This document shows, one piece after another, positions 50,620-62,195 of a stretch of 64,000 nucleotides of DNA. The first letter of the stretch is position 1. The number at the start of each line of letters is the position of its first letter. The translations under genes and the position numbers were made by a program. This DNA is from an uncultured Thermoleophilia bacterium. GTDB lineage: Bacteria; Actinomycetota; Thermoleophilia; UBA2241. A model generated the notes under the pieces. The model saw nothing but the letters and a program-made list of their open reading frames with translations. It made no database searches and was not told where the DNA came from. The DNA lies in assembly GCA_963735345.1 (NCBI GenBank), contig CAVTKL010000013.1, positions 103,897 to 167,896 of the forward strand, in the 5' to 3' direction.

Positions 50620-50955
50620 CTACCGCGGCCGCCGCGTCCGATGGCGCAACAGCGCCCCGATGATCATGCCCAAGACCAGCCCGAGGATGGCGGAGCCCAT
50701 CACCAGCCACACCAGAGAGACGGACGAACTGCCGAACACCCAGCCGACCGTGACGGCGCCGGTGTTGGCGACAACCAGCGCGATTAGGATGACAAGGAGG
50801 ATGACCGCCACCGCGACGTAGGCATAGAGCAGCGTCCGATGCGCTCCCCGGGCGAAGCGCTGACCGCCCGATTCCGCGTCGTCGCGGACGACGTAGGTTT
50901 GAGGCGCCGCTTGCGCAGAGCCCGGCTCTTCAGGCTGCCGTTCGCTGGGATCCAT
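50620..50955 (-). CDS. LapA-like small membrane protein
   Basis: LIALVVANTGAVTVGWVFG..SVSLVWLV...LGLVLG. Confidence 0.75.
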   Translation of the reverse strand: MDPSERQPEEPGSAQAAPQTYVVRDDAESGGQRFARGAHRTLLYAYVAVAVILLVILIALVVANTGAVTVGWVFGSSSVSLVWLVMGSAILGLVLGMIIGALLRHRTRRPR

Positions 50956-51272
50956 GAGGGCGTCGGCCTCCGTTGCGGTAAGCGAGTGTGCGTTGGTTGC
51001 AGTGTCGTATGCCCATGGCTCGATGGCGCGAACCCTCAACAAGCGAGCATCGTACCAATCGTTCGAGGTCAGCTGAACTAGGAACGGTTCGCACCGAGTC
51101 CATACAGAGCGCAACGGGGATACGAGGACGGTGCCGGTGGCCTCTCGGTGGTCAGCGGGATTCGGCGTCGCCAGTCATGCGATGAGGAGCACCGGAGAGG
51201 GCCCTGAAGGAAGCCGACGGTCCTTGCCCGGCAGTCTGACGCGATCCTCGGGATCGCCCGGCGCGTGGCCTT

Positions 51273-51431
51273 CTACTTCCCCGTGAGCTTGTCCTTGGCC
51301 TTGTCGATCGCATCCTTGGCCTTGCCGGCCGCCTCGTCGATCTTGCCTTCGCGCTTCAGTTTGTCATCGTCGGTCAGGTCGCCGACGGCCTGCTTCACCT
51401 TGCCTTTGGCCCTATCTGCTTTGCCGTCCAC
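51273..51431 (-). CDS. csbD: CsbD family stress protein
   Basis: MDGKADRAKGKVKQAVGDLTDDDKLKREGKIDEAAGKAKDAIDKAKDKLTGK; AGGAG RBS; below the ORF-track cutoff. Confidence 0.9.
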   Translation of the reverse strand: MDGKADRAKGKVKQAVGDLTDDDKLKREGKIDEAAGKAKDAIDKAKDKLTGK

Positions 51432-51551
51432 GTGGGCTCCTCTCGCGCGGAGAGTAGATACGGATGCGCAGCCAAACTCGAGCGCGTCCTGTGTGGAGAC
51501 GATTTCGTCCTCGATGCCCCGACGCCCGACCCCGGAGGGGAGATACGCCCC

Positions 51552-51623
51552 CTACGCGAGCATCCTCCACACCACTACTGCAAGGATGATGATCACCAGA
51601 ACCATCAGAATCGTCCGGAGCAT
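51552..51623 (-). CDS. 23-aa single-TM peptide
   Basis: MLRTILMVLVIIILAVVVWRMLA*, GAAGGG upstream. Confidence 0.5.
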   Translation of the reverse strand: MLRTILMVLVIIILAVVVWRMLA

Positions 51624-51717
51624 CGCAGCACCCTTCGATTGACATGACTCCGCATCAGAGCGCGAAGATGATGTGAACTGGTTCTCTCCCACGGTCTCTC
51701 GTGGCAAACCTCAACGG

Positions 51718-51793
51718 TGGTGGACCGCACCAGGATCGAACTGGTGACCTCCGCCGTGCAAAGGCGGCGCTCTCCCATCTGAGCTAGCGGCCC
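51718..51793 (-). tRNA. tRNA-Ala (TGC)
   Basis: GGGCCGCTAGCTCAGATGGGAGAGCGCCGCCTTTGCACGGCGGAGGTCACCAGTTCGATCCTGGTGCGGTCCACCA; G3:U70 pair, encoded CCA, TATACT upstream. Confidence 0.97.
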
Positions 51794-51874
51794 ACGGGGG
51801 AGTCAGTATACCGCGTCGCGGCGGGCGTGACCCCGGACCCGCGATGCTGGCGCGTCACGGCGGCGTCAGATGCC

Positions 51875-52246
51875 TCACATCGCGCCGGCGTCGCTCTTTT
51901 CGGCCGCCGTCTTGGCGCGCCACGGCAAGCGGCCGTAGATCTCGATCTCCAGCGAGAAGCTGAGGAACGTCCGGATGAGGACGATCACGCCGAGCACAGC
52001 CACGTTCTCCAGGGTCGGATCGACCGCCACAGTGCGGATGAGGTCGGCGGCGACCAGGACCTCGAGGCCGAGGAGGATGCTCTGGCCGAAGTGCTTGCGC
52101 ACCATCGCGTAGACGCCTCTGCTCTGGCCGCGCAGCGTGTCGCGCAAGGCGCGTGCAAAGCCGACGAAGAACCCGACGATGATGATGGTGACCCCCACGA
52201 CCTCCAGGCCGCGTGAGGCGTAGTCCATGAGTTGCCTGAAATCCAT
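51875..52246 (-). CDS. DUF1622 membrane protein
   Basis: ILLGLEVLVAADLIRT...IVLIRTFLSFSLEIEI. Confidence 0.9.
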   Translation of the reverse strand: MDFRQLMDYASRGLEVVGVTIIIVGFFVGFARALRDTLRGQSRGVYAMVRKHFGQSILLGLEVLVAADLIRTVAVDPTLENVAVLGVIVLIRTFLSFSLEIEIYGRLPWRAKTAAEKSDAGAM

Positions 52247-52337
52247 GCCCCACTCATTCGGCGGCACGCTGCGGGAACCTGTCTGACGACGGACTTCGTA
52301 GACAACCGGCGCCCGCTCGGATAGCGTTTGTTCCGCC

Positions 52338-53790
52338 ATGCACATTCCCGCCCTCTACGTCTTCCTTGCCCTGTTCCTCGTCTACTGGCTCGGCCTCATC
52401 GTGCTGCTCATCGGCGACGAGCGCGAACCCTCGCTCACGCTCGTCTGGTTGCTCGTCCTCGTCTTCCTGCCGGTCGTCGGCGTGGTCCTGTACATCCTCG
52501 GGGGTCGCGACTGGCGCGTCGTCGCCAAGCGCAAGGGCTGGACGCAAGCGCTGCACGCCCAGCGCGTCGAGGGGATGCGGGTGGTGTACGAGCGCAACGA
52601 GGCCGCCTCCGAGCGCTTCGCGCGCGAGTGGCGCGGCACGACCGCCGACAAGGTCAAGCGCGCCATTAGCGCCAAGGAAGTCGCCAAGGTCCTGCCGGCG
52701 AGTTCCCTCGAGCTGTTCGTGACAGGCGCCGACAAGTTCGCCAGCCTGAAGAAGGATCTGAGAGAGGCACAGCGCTTCATCCATCTGCAGTACTTCATCT
52801 GGGAGCAGGACACGCTCACCGCCGAGATCACGGCCATCCTCCTGGAGAGACTCGCGGCCGGCGTCGAGGTGCGCATCACCTACGACTGGATCGGTTCCAT
52901 CAGGTTCGGCAAGCGCGAGTTGAAGCAGCTCGCCGGCGCCGGGGCCCAGGTGCACGCCGACCTCGCCGACATCCTGCGCGCCAACTACCGCAACCACCGC
53001 AAGATCGTCGTCATCGACGGCGACGTGGGCTACACGGGCGGCATGAACATGGCCCAGGAGTACATCGATGGCGCCCCCCGCTTCGCCGCCTGGCGCGACA
53101 CCCACGTGCGCATCACTGGGCAGGCAGTCGCCGATCTGCAGAAGCTGTTCGCCTCGCGCTGGTACGAGTACCGGCGCCTCCCCGAGAGCCTCTTCGATGA
53201 GAGCGTTCATGCCGGCACCGGATCCCTGCTGCATCGAGGAGGGAGTGCTCGTCGAGATTGCCTCGCAGGGCGTCGAGGACTACTGGGACATGGCGCGGCG
53301 CGCCCACCTCGTGGCCATCGCGCAGGCCGAGCGCACCGTCTACATCCAGTCGCCCTACTTCGTGCCCGACTACAGCGTCTACGACGAGCTCCTCAACGCG
53401 GCCCTCTCGGGCATCGAGGTGCGCCTCATGATCACCGGCGTGGTGGACAGGCGCATCCCGTTCTGGGCGGCGCACACCTATTTCAAGAGGCTCCTGGAAG
53501 CCGGCGGCCACATCCACCTCTACATGGACGGCTTCTTCCACCCCAAGACCATCGTCATCGACGGCGACCTCGCGGCGGTCGGCACCATGAACATGGACAA
53601 CCGCAGCCTCAAGCTGCACAAGGAGCTCATGCTCTGGGTCTTCGACAAGCCGTTCGCGCAGCAGGTCCAGGACTCGTTCCTCGTCGACCTCGAGCACTGC
53701 CGGGAGCTGACGATCGATGACGTGCGGGAGATAGGCCGCCTGACGCGCTTCCGCAATCAGGCGGCCCGGCTGCTTTCAGAGGCGCTCTAG
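52338..53790 (+). CDS. cls: Cardiolipin synthase (frameshift near 53200)
   Basis: Two HKD motifs, [11 protein letters not shown] and HPKTIVIDG, in different frames; IQSPYFVP. Confidence 0.9.
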
Positions 53791-53804
53791 CGGCGGCCGT
53801 CGCC

Positions 53805-54119
53805 TCAGCGGCGCGCCGCCAGCACCGGGTGCGCCCGCAACATGCGCGGGCCGCTGTAGCGCATCACCACGCGCACCCGCTCGCGCATCTCCGGCGCGTA
53901 GCAGTGCGTCGGGCACTGCACGCAGGTCGGCTTCTCGTGGCCGTAGCGACACTGCGCGAGGCGCAGGCGCGCGTAGGCGAGCAGCGCGGCGCAGTCTGGG
54001 CAGAGCCCATCCTCGCCGCGCTCCGACTCGACGTGATGGTCGCGGCAGTACATGCCGACCATCACGGCAATGGTCCGCTCTTCGCGCGCAAGACGCCTTG
54101 GGGGTCGGTCGCTGCTCAT
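53805..54119 (-). CDS. YgbA/nitrous oxide-stimulated promoter family protein
   Basis: [18 protein letters not shown]...LCPDC...[12 protein letters not shown]...[12 protein letters not shown]. Confidence 0.88.
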   Translation of the reverse strand: MSSDRPPRRLAREERTIAVMVGMYCRDHHVESERGEDGLCPDCAALLAYARLRLAQCRYGHEKPTCVQCPTHCYAPEMRERVRVVMRYSGPRMLRAHPVLAARR

Positions 54120-54214
54120 GGCACGCTCACGGTACCCGATACCCGCCGTCTGACTCCAGACGACGGCGTCCGCGCAACGCTGCCCCCAGCCGCCTCCGGG
54201 GTACAGTTGCCCTC

Positions 54215-55622
<1,408 letters not shown>

Positions 55623-55663
55623 CGACCTCGGCCGCGCGACGAACGGCCGCTCAGCCGGCGCCC

Positions 55664-57119
55664 CTACAGGTTCGTCAGACTCTGCGACACGGACTGCTCG
55701 AGCACGGCGCGGGCCGCGAGATGCAGCTCACGCTCGTGCTCGCGGCCCACCGAGAACACACGGTAGAGGTGCGCCTTGGCCGGCACGAACTCGAGGATCC
55801 CACTGAGCAGCTGCTCCTCGATCTCGCGGCTCACCGGGTCGTAGACGGCGATGCGCTTGGGGCCCGTCAGGGGGTTCAGCGGCCGCGGGTCCTGCGAAGC
55901 GATGTCGACGACGAACTCGATGTCCTTGAGCCCGGCCGGCAGCCGTTCGATGATGGCGGCGCGGAACTCGTCCTTGGTGACGTCCCGCGTCGCCGGCAAC
56001 GGTTGCTGCCGTTCCACGTGATGCTCGTAGACCATGCTGTACTTCACGTGGCGATGGATGATGGACTGCCACTGTTCGGCCAGCGCGCGCTTCTCACTGG
56101 TCAGCGGCTCCCCGAGCCAGTCCTCCACGGTGCTGAAGAGCGACCACTCGCTGAGCCGCCGATACGCCGCGGGATCGTCTACCGGGCTTTGGGGCAAGCA
56201 CCAGCTCCAGGGTCGGCCGGAAGATCTCGCGCAGGTGCAGGTCGATGGCGTGGCCGACGCGGTGGAAGTAGACGTTCTCGTACATGTAGAAGCGCGCGTT
56301 GAGAAAGGCGCGCAGGGTGCTCAGGGCGCGCTTGTGGAACGTGAGGCCTTCGTCGGTGCAGAAGGTGTAGTAGATGAGCCGGTCGATGTCCACAGGGCCG
56401 ATGGAGACGCCGCACATGTAGGCGTCGCGACGCACGTAGTCCATGTTGTCGACCGTGACCGCGCCGGAGAGGGCGCGGTGCAGCAGGCGCACCCAGCGCG
56501 GGATGGGGCTGCTCGAGGCCGTGCCGCGGCGGGCAGCCTGCGCCCCGCCGTCCGCCGCGCCTCTCCCGTCCGCCGCGCCCCCCTCCTCGGCGCGCACCAG
56601 GAAGGCGACGTGCCAGGGGTCCACGGCCTCGCCCGCGGCGAACGGGCCGGAGGGACTCCGGCCCAGCTCCGTCAGGAGGCCGCCCAGCTCGTTGACGATG
56701 AGGTACTGCGAGATCTGCTCGTGATCGAGGCCAAAGACGGGCTGGAGGTACTCCTCGTCGCAGAAGTGGCTGAAGGGGCCGTGGCCGAGGTCGTGTAGCA
56801 GGCCGGCGAGGCGCAGCGTCTCCTCGACCAGCGGCAGCGACGGCGTGCCCGGCTCGGCCTCGGCCAGCGTGGGGTACATCTGGCGGGCGAGCTTCCCGGC
56901 CAGATGCATGGTGCCGAGACTGTGGGCGAAGCGGCTGTGCTCGGCCGCCGGGAAGACCCACCAGGAGCTTTGCAGCTGGTGAATGCGCTTGAGGCGCTGC
57001 ACCCAGGGGCTGTCGATGACGTCGGCCTCCGCGATCTCGCCGGCCCGCGAGAGCGTGATCTGCAGATAGCCGTAGAGCGGGTCGGCGATGAGGTGGACGT
57101 CGTCGTAGGGGAGTCTCAT
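55664..57119 (-). CDS. HD-domain phosphohydrolase (SAMHD1/dNTPase-like; frameshift near 56185)
   Basis: [47 protein letters not shown]. Confidence 0.9.
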
Positions 57120-57253
57120 GCCTTGAACCCTAACGCCCGCCCCGGACGGCGGCAAGGCGCCCACGAGCGGAGGGCGGTGGGAGCGCGGGCGATGGGGAGG
57201 CGGCGAGACGCCGACGGTGTGTCCCTCCGCGCCGCCTCGGGTAGATTGCCGGC

Positions 57254-58120
57254 ATGATCGACCTGCACACGCACACCACCTTCTCGGACGGCACGTTCAC
57301 TCCGGCGCAGCTCGTGGCGGCGGCCGTGGCGATGGGCCTGTCGGCCGTCGCCGTCACCGATCACGACACGGTGGACGGGCTGCCGGAGGCGCTGGCCGCA
57401 GGCGAGCGCCTGGGCTTCAGGGTCGTCCCGGGCGTCGAGATCAATCTCGAGCACGAGCGCGTGACGATGGACATGCTCGGCTACTTCCTCGGCGGCCCGC
57501 CGAGCGCCGCGCTCGAGGAGCAGCTCGCGGAGCTGCGCGGCTACCGCGACGAGCGCAACGCGCGCATGGTCGAGCGGCTGGCCGGACTCGGCTTGCCGCT
57601 CGACCCAGACGATTTGGCGGAGGCGGCCGGTGACGGCGCCGTCGGCCGCCCGCACATCGGCCTCGCCCTGATGCGCCGCGGCTATGTGGACTCCGTCGCG
57701 GAGGCCTTTCGCCTCTACCTGCGCCGCGGCGCTCCCGCCTGGGTGGACAGGCGCCGGCTCTCGCTGCACGCCGCCGTGCGCCTGCTCAGCGACTGCGGCG
57801 GCCTGGCGGTGCTGGCCCATCCCGGCCTCATCCGCGTCGACCTCGGCGGCGCCGGCAGCCTCGCCGGGCTCGTCCGCGAGGCGGCCGCGGCGGGCATCGC
57901 CGGCCTCGAGTGCTACCACCCCTCGCACGACGAGGAGACCATCGCGACCTGTCTCGCGCTGGCGGCGCGACACGACCTCGTGGTCACCGGGGGCTCCGAC
58001 TTCCACGGCGCGATCAAGCCCGACGTCCATCTCGGTGTCGGCCCGGGAGGCATGGCCTTCCCCGACGAGATGCTCGCCGCGCTCACGGCGCGAGCCGGCC
58101 CCTGCGGCGCTCCGCGCTGA
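57254..58120 (+). CDS. PHP-domain phosphoesterase (YciV/TrpH-like)
   Basis: DLHTHTTFSDG, TDHD, GVEI, AHP, TGGSDFHG. Confidence 0.92.
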   Translation: MIDLHTHTTFSDGTFTPAQLVAAAVAMGLSAVAVTDHDTVDGLPEALAAGERLGFRVVPGVEINLEHERVTMDMLGYFLGGPPSAALEEQLAELRGYRDERNARMVERLAGLGLPLDPDDLAEAAGDGAVGRPHIGLALMRRGYVDSVAEAFRLYLRRGAPAWVDRRRLSLHAAVRLLSDCGGLAVLAHPGLIRVDLGGAGSLAGLVREAAAAGIAGLECYHPSHDEETIATCLALAARHDLVVTGGSDFHGAIKPDVHLGVGPGGMAFPDEMLAALTARAGPCGAPR

Positions 58121-58147
58121 TCGCCACTGGCGCGTTGCGCCGGCTCT

Positions 58148-58177
58148 TGCCGGTACATCCCCCCGGGGGTATATAAT
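58148..58177 (+). promoter_or_regulatory. Promoter with a CsoR-type operator
   Basis: TTGCCG-18-TATAAT; C6-G5-TATA tract in the spacer; ATG 7 nt after the -10 (leaderless-like). Confidence 0.75.
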
Positions 58178-58183
58178 CGGCCG

Positions 58184-58471
58184 ATGGAGCATCTCCCCCA
58201 GGAAGACGCCGCGCGTCTCATCAACCGTCTACGCCGCGTCGAAGGCCAGTCCCGGGGTCTGCAGCGCATGATCGAGGAAGGCCGCTCGTGCGACGAGGTC
58301 TTCACGCAGCTGGCGGCCACCAAGGCCGCCCTCGACCGCGTCGGCGTCCTGCTCATCTCATTGAAGATGCGCGAGTGCATGGTGGACGATGCTCGCCTTG
58401 CGAGCGCCACCCAAGAAGCCGTGGAGAAGGCGCTCGACGCGTTCCTCAAATACTCCCGATGCGTGAGGTAG
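58184..58471 (+). CDS. CsoR/RcnR-family repressor
   Basis: RLRRVEGQSRGLQRMIEEGRSCDEVFTQLAA. Confidence 0.92.
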   Translation: MEHLPQEDAARLINRLRRVEGQSRGLQRMIEEGRSCDEVFTQLAATKAALDRVGVLLISLKMRECMVDDARLASATQEAVEKALDAFLKYSRCVR

Positions 58472-58477
58472 CCCCCG

Positions 58478-59068
58478 ATGGCTGAGAAGTTCGATGCAAA
58501 GCATGCTGCCAAGCTCGAGGACCCGGACCGTTTGGTAGAGATGCCGCCGGCCCGGCTGATCGAGCTGCTCGAGCTCACCGGCGCCGAGACCGTCGTCGAC
58601 TTCGGCGCCGGCACGGGCATGTACTCGCTCCCCATCGCCGAGGCGCTGCCGAACGGCGAGCTCATCGCCGTCGACGAGCAGGAGGTGCTGCTCGACCTTC
58701 TGCGCGACAAGCTGGCGGCCCATCCTGCGGCGGGCCGCCTGCGCCTCGTCGTCACCGCCGACGGGCGCGTGCCGCTGCCCGACGGCGTCGCCGACCGCCT
58801 CATCACGATCAACGTCCTTCACCACATCAACGACGATCCGGCCGCCATGGCCGAGATGCTCCGCCTGATCGCCCCGGGCGGACTTGTCGTCTGCGCCGAG
58901 TTCGCGCGCATGGAGCGCCCCGTCGGGCCGCCCAACGATCATCTGCTGGCGCTCGACGACCTGCGCGCCACGCTCACCGGCCTGGGGCTGCGCGAGCGCG
59001 CCGTCTACGCGCCAGGCGAGGTGGCCTTGTACCACAACGTGGTGGTCGCGGAGAAGCCTCCGGCATGA
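58478..59068 (+). CDS. Class I SAM-dependent methyltransferase
   Basis: VVDFGAGTG, VLHHI, PGG, GPP. Confidence 0.85.
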   Translation: MAEKFDAKHAAKLEDPDRLVEMPPARLIELLELTGAETVVDFGAGTGMYSLPIAEALPNGELIAVDEQEVLLDLLRDKLAAHPAAGRLRLVVTADGRVPLPDGVADRLITINVLHHINDDPAAMAEMLRLIAPGGLVVCAEFARMERPVGPPNDHLLALDDLRATLTGLGLRERAVYAPGEVALYHNVVVAEKPPA

Positions 59069-60228
59069 GTGATGTGCCACGGGCCACGCGCCACGGCGGC
59101 CCCGCGCTCGTCAGCCACGTCCGTGCCGTCCACGGCCCTGGTCTGGCCGCCAGCCTTGAGCGCCTCGTCGAGCCTTTCGGCGGCTGGGCGGCCATCGTGG
59201 CCCCCGGCCAGCGCGTCGCCGTCAAGGTGAACCTCCTGCGCGGCGCACCTCCCGAGGCCGCCGTGTGCACCCACCCGGAGACCCTGCGCTGCGTGCTGCG
59301 CGCGCTCAAGGCGCAGGGCGCAGTCCCCTTTGTCGCCGACAGCCCCGGCGGTCTCAACGGACCGGCCAAGGTCGCGCGCGCCTACAAGCTCAGCGGCATG
59401 ACCGACGTGTGCCTCGAGGAACAGGTGCCCATCGTCGACATCGAGGACGACCGCACGGTGCTCATGGTGCCGAGCGGGCGGCTGTTCCGCAGCTTCCCGC
59501 TCGGACGCGCCTTCGCCGACGCCGACGCCATCATCCAGGTCGGCGTGCTCAAGACGCATCAGCTCATGCGCCTCACGGGCGGCGTCAAGCTGACGTACGG
59601 CTGCATCCCCGGCCTGGCCAAGGCCCAGCTCCATGTCCGCGCCCAGCGCCGCGAGGACTTCGCCGACATGCTGCTCGACCTGCACCTCGCCGTGCGCCCG
59701 CGCTTCACGGTGATCGACGGCATCGTCGCCATGGAGGGGCAGGGACCCAGCAGCGGCAAACCCCGCGCGTTGGGTTCCCTGTTCGCCGCGGAGGACTGCA
59801 ACGCCCTCGACGCGGCCCTCGCCGATCGCACCGCCCATCCGCGGCACTCGGTCTACACGCTGGCGGCCGCCGAGCGCCGCGGCGTGATCGACCTGGAGCA
59901 TCCCTACAGCTTGGCCGGCGACCCGATCCGCCGAGAAGCCGGGTTCAAGCCGGCCGGCCGCGATCTGCAGGGGCTCTTCCCACCCTCCCTGCATCGCGCC
60001 ACCCGCAACGTGGTCACGGCGCGCCCTCGTCTCGTCGACTCAGCTGCCTGCATCGAGTGCGGCGAGTGCGCCGCGATCTGCGGCGCCGAGGCCATCCAGC
60101 TCGACCCCAAGCCCGTGTTCGACGACGCTCTCTGCGTGCGCTGTTACGCCTGCGCGGAGGTCTGCCCCACCCGCGCCCTCGACGCCGTGTCGCCGCCTCT
60201 GGTCCGCCTGTTCGCGGGTCGCCACTGA
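59065..60228 (+). CDS. DUF362 protein with a 2x[4Fe-4S] domain
   Basis: VKVNLL, THP, LKTH...TGGVK, DGIVAMEGQGP; CIECGECAAIC, CVRCYACAEVCP. Confidence 0.9.
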   Translation: MSDVPRATRHGGPALVSHVRAVHGPGLAASLERLVEPFGGWAAIVAPGQRVAVKVNLLRGAPPEAAVCTHPETLRCVLRALKAQGAVPFVADSPGGLNGPAKVARAYKLSGMTDVCLEEQVPIVDIEDDRTVLMVPSGRLFRSFPLGRAFADADAIIQVGVLKTHQLMRLTGGVKLTYGCIPGLAKAQLHVRAQRREDFADMLLDLHLAVRPRFTVIDGIVAMEGQGPSSGKPRALGSLFAAEDCNALDAALADRTAHPRHSVYTLAAAERRGVIDLEHPYSLAGDPIRREAGFKPAGRDLQGLFPPSLHRATRNVVTARPRLVDSAACIECGECAAICGAEAIQLDPKPVFDDALCVRCYACAEVCPTRALDAVSPPLVRLFAGRH

Positions 60229-60235
60229 GGCACTC

Positions 60236-61090
60236 TCAGCCGGTGGCCTCCACATGGAAGACCACGATCTCGGGCCGGCAGAAAGCGCGGAAGGGGAGGA
60301 AGCTCGTGCCCACTCCCCTGGTGATGTAGAGGGGCCGGCCGCCGTCTTCGTGGAAGCCCTCGACGAAACGGGCGCCGAGGTCGCTGAGCGGGACGCTGCC
60401 ACCCGGGAACGGCATGCGGATCTGCCCGCCGTGCGTATCGCCGGCGAACGCCATGTGGAAGTCGCCGGGCGCCGCCTGCAGGGCCACCTCGGCATGATGC
60501 GTGAGCAGCAGACGCAGCACGTTGGGCCGGCGATCGAGTCCCGCGAGTACAGCCGGCAGATCGTCGTGACCGCCGCTGCTGTCGTCGACCCCGCCGATCT
60601 GGATGCGCGCCGCAGCGTGATCGACGTTCGCTACCTCATTGACGAGGAGCCGCACGCCGCACTCCGTGACGACGGCCGGGTCGATGGCGCGCACGAGCGG
60701 CGCCTTGCTGTCGCCGTGGTCGTGGTTCCCCAGCACGGCGAAGACGCCGAGCGGCGCCCGCAGACGCCGGAGCTCATGCTGGAGCGCGGCCGTGCCGAAG
60801 AGCCCACCGGAGAAATCGCCCGTGATGAGGATGAGATCCGGGGCGGCCGCCACCGTGAGATCGACCGCCTTGCGCATGGCGCGCACGTTGAGGCTCGGAG
60901 CGAAGCCGGCGTGGAAGTCCGAGAGCTGCACGATGGTGAGGCCATCGAGGTCCGCCGCGCCGGCCGGCGCCCGCAGGCGCCGGTCCACGCGGCGGACCCA
61001 CTGCGCCTCGTGCAGAAGATACGCGGTGCCGACAGCGGCGGCCGCGCCGAGCGCGGCCGCCCCCAGACGGATGCTCCGGGCTCGGTTCAG
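60236..61090 (-). CDS. Metallophosphoesterase (YkuE-like); start uncertain
   Basis: LSDFH, TGD, LGNHD, GDTHGGQ, ITRGVG. Confidence 0.88.
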   Translation of the reverse strand: MNRARSIRLGAAALGAAAAVGTAYLLHEAQWVRRVDRRLRAPAGAADLDGLTIVQLSDFHAGFAPSLNVRAMRKAVDLTVAAAPDLILITGDFSGGLFGTAALQHELRRLRAPLGVFAVLGNHDHGDSKAPLVRAIDPAVVTECGVRLLVNEVANVDHAAARIQIGGVDDSSGGHDDLPAVLAGLDRRPNVLRLLLTHHAEVALQAAPGDFHMAFAGDTHGGQIRMPFPGGSVPLSDLGARFVEGFHEDGGRPLYITRGVGTSFLPFRAFCRPEIVVFHVEATG

Positions 61091-61458
61091 ACCGGCGCGG
61101 AGGAGTCGCTCGGCGCCTCGTCGGCCGTGGCGTCGGAGACCACATCGGCCACGGCGTCGGAGACCTGATCGGCCGTGTCCTCGGAGGCCAGATCGTCCGC
61201 CTCGTCCATCTGATGCTTCAGCCGCGCCCGCGTCTCCTCGATCTTGCGCTTCAGAGCCGCCGACTGGTCGGCCGCCTTGCTCTTGCCCGTGCCGTACGCG
61301 CCCTTGAGGCGGTCCGTCTGGGGGCCCAGATTGTCCTTGGCGCCGTAGACCTGCGCGCGAGTCTCCTTGCCGCTGCGCGGCGCCAGCAGGAGCGCGGCGA
61401 GAGCGCCGGTGATCGCGCCCAGAATGAAGCCTCCACGCAGTCCGCTCTTCTTGGTCAT
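61087..61458 (-). CDS. YtxH domain protein
   Basis: FILGAITGALAALLLAPRSGKETR. Confidence 0.85.
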   Translation of the reverse strand: MTKKSGLRGGFILGAITGALAALLLAPRSGKETRAQVYGAKDNLGPQTDRLKGAYGTGKSKAADQSAALKRKIEETRARLKHQMDEADDLASEDTADQVSDAVADVVSDATADEAPSDSSAPV

Positions 61459-61529
61459 GCTCACTGTCGTACCTCCACTTGATGAAATGACGTCCTCTGA
61501 CAACACACTTGGCGCCGCGGCGTCCGCGG

Positions 61530-62195
61530 CTAGAGCAATCGCGTTCCGTTGATCACCAGTCCGAACGAGCAGCCGAGGAACTCGGCCGCCCGACGACACA
61601 TGACCATGCGCTCGAGGAAGATCTCGAAGTAGTGCATCAGCCGGATGATCGTCGTATCGATCTCGAGCTCCAGCGTGATGGATTTCACCTCCCCGTCGAC
61701 GTGCAAGAAAGAGCGCGTGGTCGCCGTGTTGACGCGGTCGTGCATGTCGGTGGTATCGGGCTCGATGCGCCGCACGCGGCTGCGATGCACATCCGACTTG
61801 TCGCCGAGGATGACGGCCGCAGCCATGGCGCTCACCGCCTGGCCGTACTCCTCCTCGTGGTTGCCGATCGCGCACATGACCTCGGCGAACTCCTCGGGCG
61901 GCATGCCCAGACGATCAAGGATGTGCCGCGCGTTGAGGGCGGCGGCGATGCCGTGGTCGAGGCGGCTGATGCCGTTGCCGATGTCGTGAAGGTAGCCGGC
62001 GATGGCCGCCAGCTCGGCGTCACGCTGTGCGTAGCCCAGCCGCAGCAACACGTTGGAGGCCGTGGCCGCGACCAGAGCAGCATGACGGGTGCCGTGCTCG
62101 GTGTAGCCGAGGACGGCAAGGTTGTCGTTCGCCTTGGCGATGAAGACCTGCACCTCGTGATCGCGGCGCACGTCATCCAGCGTCACGGCCATCAT
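61530..62195 (-). CDS. HD-domain protein
   Basis: GYTEHGTRHA, YLHDIGN, AIGNHEE, LGDKSDVHRSRVR. Confidence 0.88.
   Translation of the reverse strand: MMAVTLDDVRRDHEVQVFIAKANDNLAVLGYTEHGTRHAALVAATASNVLLRLGYAQRDAELAAIAGYLHDIGNGISRLDHGIAAALNARHILDRLGMPPEEFAEVMCAIGNHEEEYGQAVSAMAAAVILGDKSDVHRSRVRRIEPDTTDMHDRVNTATTRSFLHVDGEVKSITLELEIDTTIIRLMHYFEIFLERMVMCRRAAEFLGCSFGLVINGTRLL

Noticed and set aside
48765-51793. Three 36-bp identical repeats as a CRISPR array
   Set aside because: Spacing is over 1.3 kb and the repeat is the tRNA-Ala 3' end
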